Source: Candidatus Latescibacterota bacterium (GTDB lineage Bacteria; Latescibacterota; UBA2968; GCA-2709665). Taken from it: a stretch of DNA of 64,000 nucleotides. The notes under the pieces were generated by a model. It did no database searches. It had not been told where the DNA came from and saw nothing but the letters and a program-made list of their open reading frames with translations. Shown in pieces: positions 1 through 11,709 of the stretch. The translations under genes and the position numbers were made by a program. The stretch covers positions 640,001 through 704,000 of the forward strand of contig CAXXXF010000015.1 of the NCBI GenBank assembly GCA_963667175.2, read 5' to 3'. Position 1 is the stretch's first letter. The number at the start of each line of letters is the position of its first letter.

Positions 1-1829
1 TTGACTTCATGAATCGTCTGGAGTTGATCCCGCGTCTCCTGGAACGGAAACGAGGCTTCGAGCGCTCCCTGGAGCGCCGTGTCGTCCGAAAACCTGATGC
101 CGGGCGTTGCCTTTCGCTCCGCGTAAAGGGACAGCAACTCCGCCGCCATTTTGAAGACCTCTTTTTTGGCCTTCTCCTTTACGCGTTCCCAGGTCCCCGT
201 ACCCAGTTTGCTCAATGCCGGGACGACACTGTCCTGTCCCGCGTACTTCTGCACGCGGTCCATCTGGTCCACCGGCACGTACACCCGGTCGCCGCCGCGA
301 TAGAACATCGTCAGACAGTCCTGCCGCACGCCGTCGACCGTAAGGTGCTCGATCCCTTCGTATCGCCCGATGCCGTGGTCCACGTGGACGACGAAATCTC
401 CCGCTCTGAGGCTCGAAATGCTGCGGATCGGCGTCGCGTCCTTGAACCGCCGGTAGCGGCGGCGACGGCGCGCGCGGGTATAAATCTCGTGGTCGTTCAG
501 CACGAGCACCCGCGCCGCTGGAGACGGGTAGGCGAAGCCGCTGCGCAGGGTGCCCACGGCTATCGAGATCAGGTGCTCCTCTTCTTCCAGCAGTTCTTCA
601 AACCGGGCTTTCTGGCCCTGGCTCTCGCACAACAGCACCACCTCGTAATCCGCCTGCCAGTGGCTCCTCAGATCCTCTCTCAGTGTCTCCAGATGCCCCT
701 CGTACCGCCGTCCGCCGACGCCCGAAAAGTGGACGCCATCCTCCGAACGTCCGCCCAGCGGCCAGTTCAGGACCCTGCGCATACCGGCCAGCCGCTTCAG
801 AACCGTCTCCGGACGCCGGGCCACGGCGTCCGCCGGAAGCGGCTCCGGCTCTCCGCGCCTCTTCTTCTGGCGCCGGGCCGCCACCTCCACCCGCGCCCAC
901 GCGTCCACCGCGGCGGTTTCGACGGCGGCGGGGTCGTCCACCACGACGTAACCTTCCGAAACGTGGTCCAGGAGACAGGTCCCGTCTCTGTACAGAACAC
1001 CCAGGTAATGCTCCAGTCCGTCAAATGCGCCCTGGGTCTCCATCAGTTCACGCACGCCTTCCAGGTTCATCCCAAGCCGCTGTTCCGCTTCGGCCAGGTG
1101 CGCCGCGAACACGTCGTCCAGCGTCTCTGCCAGGACGGCCTCGCGGCACGGCAGCACCCGCACCGTCTCGTGCGCGTCCACCGACCGCTGCGTACCCAGA
1201 TCGAACGCTCGAATGGATTCCACCTCATCGCCAAAAAACTCGATTCGGACCGGATGGGCGCTGCCGAACGAGCACACGTCCAGAATTCCGCCCCGCACGC
1301 TGAACTGCCCCACCCCGCCCACCAGCGTCACCCGCTCAAAGCCGATATCCACCAGATGTTCAGCCAGTGAATCCGGCGCAACCTCTTCCCCGACCCGTAG
1401 TTCCCGAATCGCGAGATCATACAGGTCCGGCGGCAACGTGTGGCTCAGCAGGGCCTCCACCGGAACGACCACGACCCCGTTCCGTGCCGCCTGCAGCTGA
1501 TCCAGCGCCTCCAGCCGAAGCCCCATCACGTCGAGATGGGGCGACCGACGGTCGTAAGGCGATCCGCCCCAGGCGGGGAAAATCCCGACGCGGCTCGAAC
1601 CCAGCACGCGCTCCAGATCGTCGCGCACTTCTTCCGCTCGATCCTCGGAAGCGCACACCACCAGCACCGGCGCCGTCGCCTTCTCCTCCACCCACGCAAT
1701 ACCGAACGCCGCAAGCGAACCCGGCAGCCCGCGCACGGGAATCTCAGGCGCGCGGGACTCGATCAGACGCGCCAATTCCTCAAACGGCTGAGACTTGACC
1801 ATCCTGTCGTATATCCGCCTGATCGACAC
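1..1829 (-). CDS. mfd: Transcription-repair coupling factor Mfd, N-terminal part (runs off the window's left edge)
   Basis: Hand translation of the minus strand gives GLPGSLAA...GQFSVRGGILDV...PVRIEFFGDEVESIRAFD...TQRS, the UvrB-homology region of Mfd. Not in the ORF track because the frame has no stop in the window. GTG start at 1829 is a best guess. Confidence 0.92.
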   Translation of the reverse strand, partial: MSIRRIYDRMVKSQPFEELARLIESRAPEIPVRGLPGSLAAFGIAWVEEKATAPVLVVCASEDRAEEVRDDLERVLGSSRVGIFPAWGGSPYDRRSPHLDVMGLRLEALDQLQAARNGVVVVPVEALLSHTLPPDLYDLAIRELRVGEEVAPDSLAEHLVDIGFERVTLVGGVGQFSVRGGILDVCSFGSAHPVRIEFFGDEVESIRAFDLGTQRSVDAHETVRVLPCREAVLAETLDDVFAAHLAEAEQRLGMNLEGVRELMETQGAFDGLEHYLGVLYRDGTCLLDHVSEGYVVVDDPAAVETAAVDAWARVEVAARRQKKRRGEPEPLPADAVARRPETVLKRLAGMRRVLNWPLGGRSEDGVHFSGVGGRRYEGHLETLREDLRSHWQADYEVVLLCESQGQKARFEELLEEEEHLISIAVGTLRSGFAYPSPAARVLVLNDHEIYTRARRRRRYRRFKDATPIRSISSLRAGDFVVHVDHGIGRYEGIEHLTVDGVRQDCLTMFYRGGDRVYVPVDQMDRVQKYAGQDSVVPALSKLGTGTWERVKEKAKKEVFKMAAELLSLYAERKATPGIRFSDDTALQGALEASFPFQETRDQLQTIHEV

Positions 1830-1930
1830 TCAAATCCCCTCACGTGTCCCGTCCGACGCCACCCGTACGCATGATTTTGGCCAAAAAAAGAAATAACCCG
1901 ACCCCATTTGCGGGGATCAGCCAAAACGCC

Positions 1931-1963
1931 AAAACGCCCGACCCTGGTTTGAGTCGGGCATTT
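1931..1963 (-). terminator. Intrinsic terminator downstream of tRNA-Asp
   Basis: GCCCGAC...GTCGGGC hairpin followed by a T-run on the minus strand. Confidence 0.6.
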
Positions 1964-1976
1964 CCTCATGTTTAAA

Positions 1977-2055
1977 TGGCGGGGTAGACGGGACTCGAAC
2001 CCGCGACCTCAGGCTTGACAGGCCTGCACTCTCACCAATACTGAGCTACTACCCC
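1977..2055 (-). tRNA. tRNA-Asp (GTC)
   Basis: Reverse complement GGGGTAG TAGCTCAG...CAGGC CT GTC AA GCCTG...GGTTCGAGTCC...CTACCCC G CCA: acceptor stem, anticodon GTC, T-loop and encoded CCA. Confidence 0.96.
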
Positions 2056-2093
2056 GCATTGTGCTCAAATCTGCTGTCATTTGAGCGGGCGTA

Positions 2094-2122
2094 AAGATAA
2101 CACAGCCCCCTGAAGCTGTCAA
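2094..2122 (-). promoter_or_regulatory. Sigma70-type promoter of tRNA-Asp
   Basis: TTGACA-17 nt-TATCTT on the minus strand. Confidence 0.65.
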
Positions 2123-2298
2123 GTCCTTTCAGGTACATTCTGCTGCGTCAGGGGGTGTCCCTCCTTGCCTCGCTCTCCCCTTTGTCTTATATTGGTCCCT
2201 CGCCTCGGTTCCGTCCATATTTCAGGGTCATTTCCTCCGCGGCGGTAACAACCTCTGGGAATACGCGGCCAACCACTTTCCGGACCATGGATTCCAGC

Positions 2299-3606
2299 AT
2301 GTCCAATCGCCGACCCATCGGTATCGGTCTCATCGGCATGGGCGTCGTCGGCGCCGGCGTCGTCCGTTTACTCAGAGAACGTGCGGGCTATTTCAGGTCC
2401 ATACGCGGCGTGCCGCTTGACCTGAGGCGCATCGCCGTGAAGGATGTCTCCAGGCCGCGCGATCGGGATCTGCCCTCTGATATCCTCACCGGGAACCCCC
2501 GTGAGGTCGTTGAAGATCCCGAAGTCCAGATTGTCGTTGAAGTGATGGGAGGGTTGGATCCTGCCCGGGAACTCTGCCTCAATGCGCTAAAGAACGGAAA
2601 AGACCTGGCAACCGCGAACAAAGCCCTGCTCGCGGAACAGGGCGACGACCTCTTCAGCGCCGCGGCGCGCAACGGCGCAAACATCGGCTTCGAAGCCAGC
2701 GTCTGCGGCGGCATCCCCATCATCCGATCGCTGACGGACGGTCTGGCGGCAAACCGAATTCAGTCCATTTACGGTATTCTCAATGGCACGACCAACTACA
2801 TTCTCACCCGGATGACCGACGATGGAGGAGACTTTCAGGCCATGCTGCGCCGGGCGCAGGAAAAGGGATTTGCCGAGGCGGATCCGACCATGGACGTCGA
2901 CGGCACGGACGTCGCCCAGAAACTCGCCCTTCTGTGCCGCATCGCGTTCCGTGTCGGCCTGGATCCCTCCCACATCCTCAAAGAGGGCATCTCGCACGTT
3001 TCTTCGCTGGATATCGACTTTGCGGGAGAACTCGGATATACCATCAAGCTCCTGGCCATAGCGAAGGCGATCGGAACCCGCATTGAAGCCCGCGTCCACC
3101 CGTGCCTTGTGCCCTCCGGCGCACTGCTGGCGAATATCAAGGACGAATTCAACGCCGTGGAGATCGTGGGCAATGCAGCCGGTCCACAGGTTCTGTATGG
3201 CCGCGGCGCCGGGCAGATGCCCACGGCGAGCGCCGTCGTTTCCGATCTGATCGACCTGGCGGAACGCCGTCTGACGGGCCGCGCCTCGGGTCGCGCCGCT
3301 TTTGCGAACCTGCCCCGTGCCGACGCCATTCCGCCGGAAGAGGTCGAAACCAGCTTCTACTGCCGCTTTACGGTATTTGACCGGCCCGGGGTCCTCGCCA
3401 GGATCGCCCGTATCTTTTCAGAGCAGGACATCAGCATCGCGACCGTTATCCAGCACGGCCGGTCTGAAACCGAACAGGGCGCCGTACCGCTCATCATGAC
3501 GACCCACGAAGCCCGCGAAGCCAGCATGCGCACGGCGGTTCAGCAAATCGACCGGCTTTCCGTAATTACCGAGCCTTCGCAGATCCTTCGCGTCGAAGCG
3601 CTTTAG
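2299..3606 (+). CDS. hom: Homoserine dehydrogenase with C-terminal ACT domain
   Basis: GLIGMGVVG Rossmann motif, TANKAL, FEASVCGGIP, GILNGTTNYIL, GFAEADP, YGRGAG, and ACT motif DRPGVLA. Alternative start at 2287. Confidence 0.95.
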   Translation: MSNRRPIGIGLIGMGVVGAGVVRLLRERAGYFRSIRGVPLDLRRIAVKDVSRPRDRDLPSDILTGNPREVVEDPEVQIVVEVMGGLDPARELCLNALKNGKDLATANKALLAEQGDDLFSAAARNGANIGFEASVCGGIPIIRSLTDGLAANRIQSIYGILNGTTNYILTRMTDDGGDFQAMLRRAQEKGFAEADPTMDVDGTDVAQKLALLCRIAFRVGLDPSHILKEGISHVSSLDIDFAGELGYTIKLLAIAKAIGTRIEARVHPCLVPSGALLANIKDEFNAVEIVGNAAGPQVLYGRGAGQMPTASAVVSDLIDLAERRLTGRASGRAAFANLPRADAIPPEEVETSFYCRFTVFDRPGVLARIARIFSEQDISIATVIQHGRSETEQGAVPLIMTTHEAREASMRTAVQQIDRLSVITEPSQILRVEAL

Positions 3607-3625
3607 AAGAACACCGCCGAAACGT

Positions 3626-6112
3626 CTATTTCGAGTCTCCGTTCGGGCCGGTATCCGGCGGAAGGCCCGCGGACCCGTCCCCGTTGTTCTGGGAAACCAC
3701 GCGGGCAACGTCCATCACCTCGTCGTCCTCGTCGAGATTGATGAGACGCACGCCCTGTGTATTCCTGCCGATCGAACTGATTTCACCGATCGGCTGCCGG
3801 ATCAGGATGCCGTTCAGGGTCACGATCATCAGTTCATCTTCATCCACCACGCCTCTCACAGCTACCACCATGCCGTTGCGCTCGGAGGTCCTGATGTTGA
3901 TCACCCCCTTGCCGCCGCGGCGAGTCAGCCTGTAATCCGAGACCCCTGTCCGTTTGCCGTATCCCTTTGCCGAGACCGTCAGCAGGGTGCTTTCGGCGTC
4001 CTGAACCACCACCATGCACACCACTTCATCGCCTTCGTCAAGGGAGATGCCCCGCACTCCCCGCGTTCCCCGGCCCATGTCGCGCACGTCCTGTTCATGA
4101 AACCGGATGGCCTGCCCATTTCGGGTTGCCAGCACAATTTCCTGTGACCCGCTGGTAACTTCGGCCCCGATCAACCGGTCGTCATCCAAAACGTTCATGG
4201 CTATGATCCCGCCGCGCCTCGGCCGGCTGTACGCGGGCAGGACCGTCTTTTTGACCAGCCCGTTTCGCGTCACTTTCATCAGATGCCGCCCGTCTTCAAA
4301 CGCCTTTACCGGGACGATCGCGGCCACCTTGTGACCCTCGTCGATCTCGATCAGGTTGACCACTGGCCGCCCGCGCGAAACACGCCCGCCTTCGGGAATC
4401 TCGTGGACCTTCAACCCGTGGCAGTGACCCCTATCCGTCAGAAACAGAATGTAGCTGTGGGTGGACGCGATGAACAGATGCTCCACGAAATCCTCTTCCC
4501 TGGTCCGCATTCCCGTCACACCGCGCCCGCCCCTGTGCTGTTGCCGGTAGGTGTCCACCGGAATTCGTTTGATATATCCCTGGTGGGAAATGGTGATGAC
4601 CATGTCCTCGTCGGCGATCAGATCTTCGATGTTGAATTCCGATGCCGATAAAACAACGTCGGTCCGTCGGTCATCTCCGTACTTCGCCTCGACCTCCCGC
4701 AGTTCCGACCTTACAAGTTCCATCCGCTCCGGCCTGCTGTTGAGAATCGACTTGAGCCGTTCGATCTCTTTGACCAGGGCTTCGTATTCCTCTTCGATTT
4801 TACGGTGTTCGAGTCCCGTCAGCCGCTGTATGGTCATCGTCAGAACCGCCTGCGCCTGTTTTTCGGACAGGGACAGCCGTTCCATCAGGATCGTCCGGGC
4901 GGAATCCGGATCCTCGGCCCTCCGGACGATTTGAATCACCTCTTCAATCGCATCCAGCGCAATTCGCAATCCTTCCAGGATATGCGCGCGATCTTCCGCG
5001 ACCCGGAGCTCGTAGGAGGTCCGCCGCACCACGACGTCGTGCCGGTGATCGATATAGTGCTGAAGCAGTTGTTTCAGATTCAACTGCCTGGGCTGCCTGT
5101 CGACCAGTGCGATCATATTCGCGCCGAACGTGCTTTCCAGCTGCGTATGTTTGTAGAGCTGGTTCAGGACCACCTCGCTGTAGGCATCCGGTTTCAACTC
5201 CACCACCACCCGCATCCCCTTGCGGTCGGACTCGTCCCGGATATTCGAAATCCCTTCAACCCGCTTCTCCCGAACCAGATCGGCCATCTTCTCCAGCAAC
5301 GTGGCCTTGGCCACCATATAGGGGATTTCGCTAATGACAATGTTTTCGCGCCCGTTCTTCAAGGACTCCACGGTGGCGGTCGCCCGCACCCGGATCAGCC
5401 CGCGGCCGGTGCGGTAGGCGTCCAGCACGCCGCTCATTCCGTAAATCACCCCGCCGGTGGGAAAATCAGGACACGTAATGTATTCCATGAGATCCATGAC
5501 GTCCAGGTCGGGGTTGTCGATTAACGCCACCAGACCGGCGACCACTTCGCGGAGGTTGTGCGGGGGAATCGCCGTGGCCATGGTTACGGCAATCCCAACC
5601 GCGCCGTTGCAGAGCATATTCGGAAAGCGGGAGGGCAGGACGCCTGGTTCCTCGAGCCGTTCGTCGTAATTCGGGTGGAAATCCACCGTATCCTTGTCGA
5701 GGTCCTGCAACATCTCGCTGCCCGCGCCAGCCATTCTCGCCTCGGTATACCGCATCGCCGCCGGGGGATATCCGTCTATTGAGCCGAAATTGCCCTGTCC
5801 GTCAACGAGCGGATAGCGCAGCTTGAAGTCCTGCGCGAGATTGACCAGCGTCGGGTAGACGATTTCCTCGCCGTGAGGATGGTAGTTGCCGGATGTATGC
5901 CCGGCAATGTTGGCGCACTTCCTGTGCTGCCGGGCGGGACCCAGGCCCAGGTCGTTCATGGCGATGAGGATGCGCCGTTGCGAGGGCTTGAGCCCGTCGC
6001 GCACGTCCGGCAACGCGCGATTCACCAGCGTGCTCATGGAGTAGTCCAGCATGGACTTCTTCAGTTCGTCGCCGACGTCCATCGGGACAATCCGCTGCCG
6101 CGCGCTCAACAT
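3626..6112 (-). CDS. gyrA: DNA gyrase subunit A
   Basis: RALPDVRDGLKP, YHPHG, AAMRYTEAR catalytic Tyr, GyrA-box QHRGGRG, C-terminal beta-pinwheel repeats. Confidence 0.98.
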   Translation of the reverse strand: MLSARQRIVPMDVGDELKKSMLDYSMSTLVNRALPDVRDGLKPSQRRILIAMNDLGLGPARQHRKCANIAGHTSGNYHPHGEEIVYPTLVNLAQDFKLRYPLVDGQGNFGSIDGYPPAAMRYTEARMAGAGSEMLQDLDKDTVDFHPNYDERLEEPGVLPSRFPNMLCNGAVGIAVTMATAIPPHNLREVVAGLVALIDNPDLDVMDLMEYITCPDFPTGGVIYGMSGVLDAYRTGRGLIRVRATATVESLKNGRENIVISEIPYMVAKATLLEKMADLVREKRVEGISNIRDESDRKGMRVVVELKPDAYSEVVLNQLYKHTQLESTFGANMIALVDRQPRQLNLKQLLQHYIDHRHDVVVRRTSYELRVAEDRAHILEGLRIALDAIEEVIQIVRRAEDPDSARTILMERLSLSEKQAQAVLTMTIQRLTGLEHRKIEEEYEALVKEIERLKSILNSRPERMELVRSELREVEAKYGDDRRTDVVLSASEFNIEDLIADEDMVITISHQGYIKRIPVDTYRQQHRGGRGVTGMRTREEDFVEHLFIASTHSYILFLTDRGHCHGLKVHEIPEGGRVSRGRPVVNLIEIDEGHKVAAIVPVKAFEDGRHLMKVTRNGLVKKTVLPAYSRPRRGGIIAMNVLDDDRLIGAEVTSGSQEIVLATRNGQAIRFHEQDVRDMGRGTRGVRGISLDEGDEVVCMVVVQDAESTLLTVSAKGYGKRTGVSDYRLTRRGGKGVINIRTSERNGMVVAVRGVVDEDELMIVTLNGILIRQPIGEISSIGRNTQGVRLINLDEDDEVMDVARVVSQNNGDGSAGLPPDTGPNGDSK

Positions 6113-6183
6113 GCTCCGTATCCCCCGTGTTTGTCAGTTCGCTGCCCGATCCCGCGAGGCGGCAGGACAGCATGCATACGACG

Positions 6184-8127
<1,944 letters not shown>

Positions 8128-8196
8128 TCAACTCCTTGTTCGGATCGTTGTGAATCCCGGCTGTTGCAAACAAACCGCTACCGCGGCGGCAGTCGT

Positions 8197-8544
8197 TCAT
8201 CTCCCGAAGCGAATCGAGGTTACGACGTCGCGCCCCAGCGCCTCGTTCAATCCGGCCTGTATCCGATGCCGCTCGAACAGCAGACGGTGCCGTACGGCGT
8301 GCTGGCCGATCCAGATGACCAACTCGCCCCGGTGAATCTCTGCCGGACGCGCCATCGCATCCGGCAGACCGGTGATTTCGTCGATCATCTCCGGCAACAG
8401 CATCAGCGCACGCTGCTCCAGGAGCTTCGCGTCAATGCCGAGCCCCCGTATGCCGGCCTCCAGGGCCGCTCCCAGGGCAACGACGCCGGCATCTGTGCGA
8501 CCGGACAGACGCGGCCGGCTTCCGGATTCCTCGACGCGTCGCAA
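8197..8544 (-). CDS. DUF721/DciA family protein
   Basis: Conserved position between recF and gyrB, 115 aa, DciA-like pattern; AGGAG RBS before a TTG start. Confidence 0.75.
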   Translation of the reverse strand: MRRVEESGSRPRLSGRTDAGVVALGAALEAGIRGLGIDAKLLEQRALMLLPEMIDEITGLPDAMARPAEIHRGELVIWIGQHAVRHRLLFERHRIQAGLNEALGRDVVTSIRFGR

Positions 8545-8571
8545 TTCTCACTCCTGGCGGCGCCATCCCGA

Positions 8572-9654
8572 TTACAGCGACAACAGTTGAAATCCCCGGT
8601 CCTTGAAATTCACATCCGGTTCGCGCGCGGACGTTATGAGGACCTGTCCGAACGACGCAACAAGATCCATGGCCGCCTCTGCCCTGTGTTGATCCAGTTC
8701 GGCGAAAACGTCGTCCATCAGCAGCACCGGCGAACGGCCGGTGTGCGACGCAAGATAGACTGCTTCGGCGAGTTTCCAGGACAGCAGAATGCTCTTGAGC
8801 TGGCCTTTCGAGGCAAACTTGTGCGCGCTTCGGCCATCCAGCGTGAAAACCAGATTGTCCCTGTGCGGGCCGACCAGCGTATAACCCAGACCCGCTTCAT
8901 CTCCCCGCCGACGCCTGAGTTCCGCCTCCAGTATCTCCTGCCCGCGTTCTCGTTCGTCGGCCTTTACGGGACTCTGGTAGACGGATGCGATCTGCTCTCT
9001 GCTTCGCGAAATCTGTTGGTAAACCGCATCGATCGTGGGCCGCATCGCGTCCAGCGCGTCCATCCTGTCTCGAATAATCCGGCCGCCAAGCTCCGCCAGC
9101 TGTACGTCCCAGGGGACCAGATGACGCACATCCAGCGCATGCTCCCGGCCTTCTTTCAGCAACCGGTTCCTCTGGGCCAGCACACGCCGGTACTGATCCA
9201 GATCGGACAGATAGGAGGTCTGGCACTGAGAAACAAGGATGTCCAGGAGACGGCGGCGTTGGGGGGGGTCCCGCAAGACCAGGTCCACGTCTTCCGGGAA
9301 GAACAGAACAGCGTTAAAGGCGCCGATCAGACTCGAAAGTCGGGGGAGTGGGGATGCATCCAGAAGCGCTCTTTTTTTGCCGACGCGCCGGTCGAAGGCG
9401 ATTCGAATCGATCTCGCGCGGTCTTCGAAGGCAACCGACGCATCGATGCTGAAATAATCCGTCCCCCACCGAACGACGTCCCTGTCTCTCGATCCGCGCC
9501 CGGACCTGGCTATGGCAAGGAAATAGATGGCTTCCAGCAGGTTCGACTTGCCCGCGCCGTTTTCCGCGCAAACCGCTGTCTTCCGGGCCGGAAATTCAAA
9601 ATCGGCGGCATCGAAATTTCGATAGTTGACAAGCTTGAGCGCCGTAAGGTACAA
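8572..9654 (-). CDS. recF: DNA replication/repair protein RecF
   Basis: YRNF, Walker A ENGAGKSNLLEAI, GPHRD, ASKGQ, LLMDDVFAELD. Confidence 0.96.
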   Translation of the reverse strand: MYLTALKLVNYRNFDAADFEFPARKTAVCAENGAGKSNLLEAIYFLAIARSGRGSRDRDVVRWGTDYFSIDASVAFEDRARSIRIAFDRRVGKKRALLDASPLPRLSSLIGAFNAVLFFPEDVDLVLRDPPQRRRLLDILVSQCQTSYLSDLDQYRRVLAQRNRLLKEGREHALDVRHLVPWDVQLAELGGRIIRDRMDALDAMRPTIDAVYQQISRSREQIASVYQSPVKADERERGQEILEAELRRRRGDEAGLGYTLVGPHRDNLVFTLDGRSAHKFASKGQLKSILLSWKLAEAVYLASHTGRSPVLLMDDVFAELDQHRAEAAMDLVASFGQVLITSAREPDVNFKDRGFQLLSL

Positions 9655-9667
9655 AACCCGTTGCCCA

Positions 9668-10867
9668 TCAGTCGTTTATCCGAAGCGGCATCAGCAGACA
9701 CAGGTAGTCTTCGCCTTCCGGCTGCTCCGCCGGTCGTATGATCCCAGCAGCCATAGGACCGTCCAGTTCGAACATTACTTCCTCGGAGTCGATACGTCTG
9801 ATAATATCCAGGAGATAATTCGAATTGTAACCGACCACCATTTCGTCGCCGCTGTATTCGGCTTCGAGCTCCTCACGGGCCTCGCCGCCAATTTCCTGGC
9901 TTGAGGCCGAGAGTACGACGCGGTTGTCGTTCATTTCCAGGCGAACCTGGTGGGTCTGCGCGCTTGAAAGAATGGAAACCCGCCGGACAGCCGGCATGAA
10001 TTGGACGTTGGCAACCTTCATTGTTGTTCCGTTGTCCTGGGGGATTACCTGCTCGTAGTCGACGTATGGGCCCTCCACCACGCGGGAAAACAGACGGATG
10101 GACCCGCGGGCGCTTGTTTCGGCGCCGTTGGCCGCCTGCAGGTCGAACACCACGTGGTTCTGGCCGAACTGCACGCGGCCCAGGCTGCAGCCGGCGGAAG
10201 CCAGCTTGACCACGTGGTTCAGCGCCCGGGTGGGAACGATGGCCTCCGTTGAGACGTCATGTCCCTCCGATCGAGAAAGTGTCCTGGAGTATCTGACCAG
10301 TCTTGCGCCGTCCGTGGCGACCATCGTCATCCGGCCGTCGCCAACCTTCCAGAACACGCCGTTCAGGACAGGCCTGGTCTCATCTCTGGACACGGCAAAT
10401 GCCGTCTTTGAAATCATATCCCGCATTATCCGGCCCTCGCCGCCATCTTCAGGGGACTCGTCCTGCGACTCGAAGACCATCTCGGGACCGTCGACTTCCG
10501 CGGGCAACTCAGGGAAGTCTTCCGCGGGCGCCGCCATAAGCGCATACGTTCCTTCCAGACCCGATTCGCACTGGAGTGTCACGCGCCCTGAATCTTCGGT
10601 CAGAACAAGGGGGCCTTCGGGCAGTTCCCGCACGATCTCGGCGAATTTTCGGGCGGGGACCGTGGTCGACCCGGGAGACTCCACCGTGCCGGAAAGCATA
10701 CAGTTGATGGAAATATCGAGATCCGTGGCCGTCAGACACACTTCACCGGTCTCGTTGGTTCCGACGAGTATATTTGACAGCACAGGCAAGGCTGTCTTCG
10801 ACGGGACGATATCCAGCACCGAATTGATGCCCCAGATGAGCAGATCCTGCTCAATAACCACCTTCAT
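9668..10867 (-). CDS. dnaN: DNA polymerase III beta sliding clamp
   Basis: ATDLDI, VPARKF, SRDETRPVLNG, VATDG, C-terminal LLMPLR. Start placed at MKVVIEQ (GGGAG RBS); the ORF is open to 10948. Confidence 0.96.
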   Translation of the reverse strand: MKVVIEQDLLIWGINSVLDIVPSKTALPVLSNILVGTNETGEVCLTATDLDISINCMLSGTVESPGSTTVPARKFAEIVRELPEGPLVLTEDSGRVTLQCESGLEGTYALMAAPAEDFPELPAEVDGPEMVFESQDESPEDGGEGRIMRDMISKTAFAVSRDETRPVLNGVFWKVGDGRMTMVATDGARLVRYSRTLSRSEGHDVSTEAIVPTRALNHVVKLASAGCSLGRVQFGQNHVVFDLQAANGAETSARGSIRLFSRVVEGPYVDYEQVIPQDNGTTMKVANVQFMPAVRRVSILSSAQTHQVRLEMNDNRVVLSASSQEIGGEAREELEAEYSGDEMVVGYNSNYLLDIIRRIDSEEVMFELDGPMAAGIIRPAEQPEGEDYLCLLMPLRIND

Positions 10868-10985
10868 TTCACTGTCTCCCGGTAACACGTGCTTCAACGA
10901 CGTCGTTCCACCAGATTCCGGTTGAAATTTCGGGATCGTATTCGTCAATTAAAACGGCCTGTTCGGCCGTTGTGGACCATGACGT

Positions 10986-11014
10986 AATATACTGATTTTT
11001 ATCGAATTTGTCAA
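10986..11014 (-). promoter_or_regulatory. Sigma70-type promoter of dnaN
   Basis: TTGACA-17 nt-TATATT. Confidence 0.65.
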
Positions 11015-11294
11015 CGACTATTGTCTCTTTCCCGGTCCTGCGAAAGACCCCTCCGGAAGCGCCATTTACGGGTTCCCGGGAACGGCGGATTCAACGGCCT
11101 CGATCACACCTTCCAGGCGCCGCGAAAAGCGACTGCCGTCTTCAATAATTATCGGAAGCGCTCTCGGTCGCCTCGACGTCGTTTCCCCCGGCTCGGACGC
11201 TCGCAAAAAGCGCGTGTCGGACGCGCATGACACGCATCGCCGTATGTCCGCAATATTCGTGGTCCTGCCCGGGAGCTGCGGCATCTGTCAACAT

Positions 11295-11675
11295 TCCCGA
11301 TTGTGAATAACTCTTGCGAACTCCCGACGGATTTCGCGCGAACGACGTCCTTAACTATCCATTCATGTGACAGATACGTGGATCCGTCGTGCCTGCGCTC
11401 CGGAGAAGTCGAATTGTGGGTTATTTTCCGAAAAACACGTGGACAAAGTCTGGCGAGCGCTACCTTGCCCGGGCGGAGGTGAATAAGCCTTGGGTTACGC
11501 ACAGGTTATCCATAGCGAAACGACAATTCCAGGATCCCGTTTTCGCTTCCAGTTTGCGGTCCACTGCCGTTTTTCCACCTTTCCACCGGGCTTATTGTTA
11601 TTGTTTCTTAATTCATCATTCCTGAAAGAATAAATGTACAAATAATGCCGGGCCGCATTTCCTGTGGATAATTTG
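11295..11675. other. Probable chromosomal replication origin oriC (dnaA-dnaN intergenic)
   Basis: Perfect DnaA box TGTGGATAA at 11663-11671; near-boxes TGTGAATAA (11302), GGTGAATAA (11478), TTATCCATA (11506); AT-rich putative unwinding element at ~11592-11646; gene orientation switches nearby. Confidence 0.8.
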
Positions 11676-11709
11676 CATACTCCGAAAGAAACGACCGCGG
11701 AAGAAGGGT

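Noticed and set aside
9-1370. 453-aa plus-strand ORF
   Set aside because: Antisense shadow of mfd, which has clear motifs on the minus strand.
1977-2055. tRNA-Asp as an integration site
   Set aside because: Flanked by housekeeping genes; no integrase or duplicated tRNA 3' end seen.
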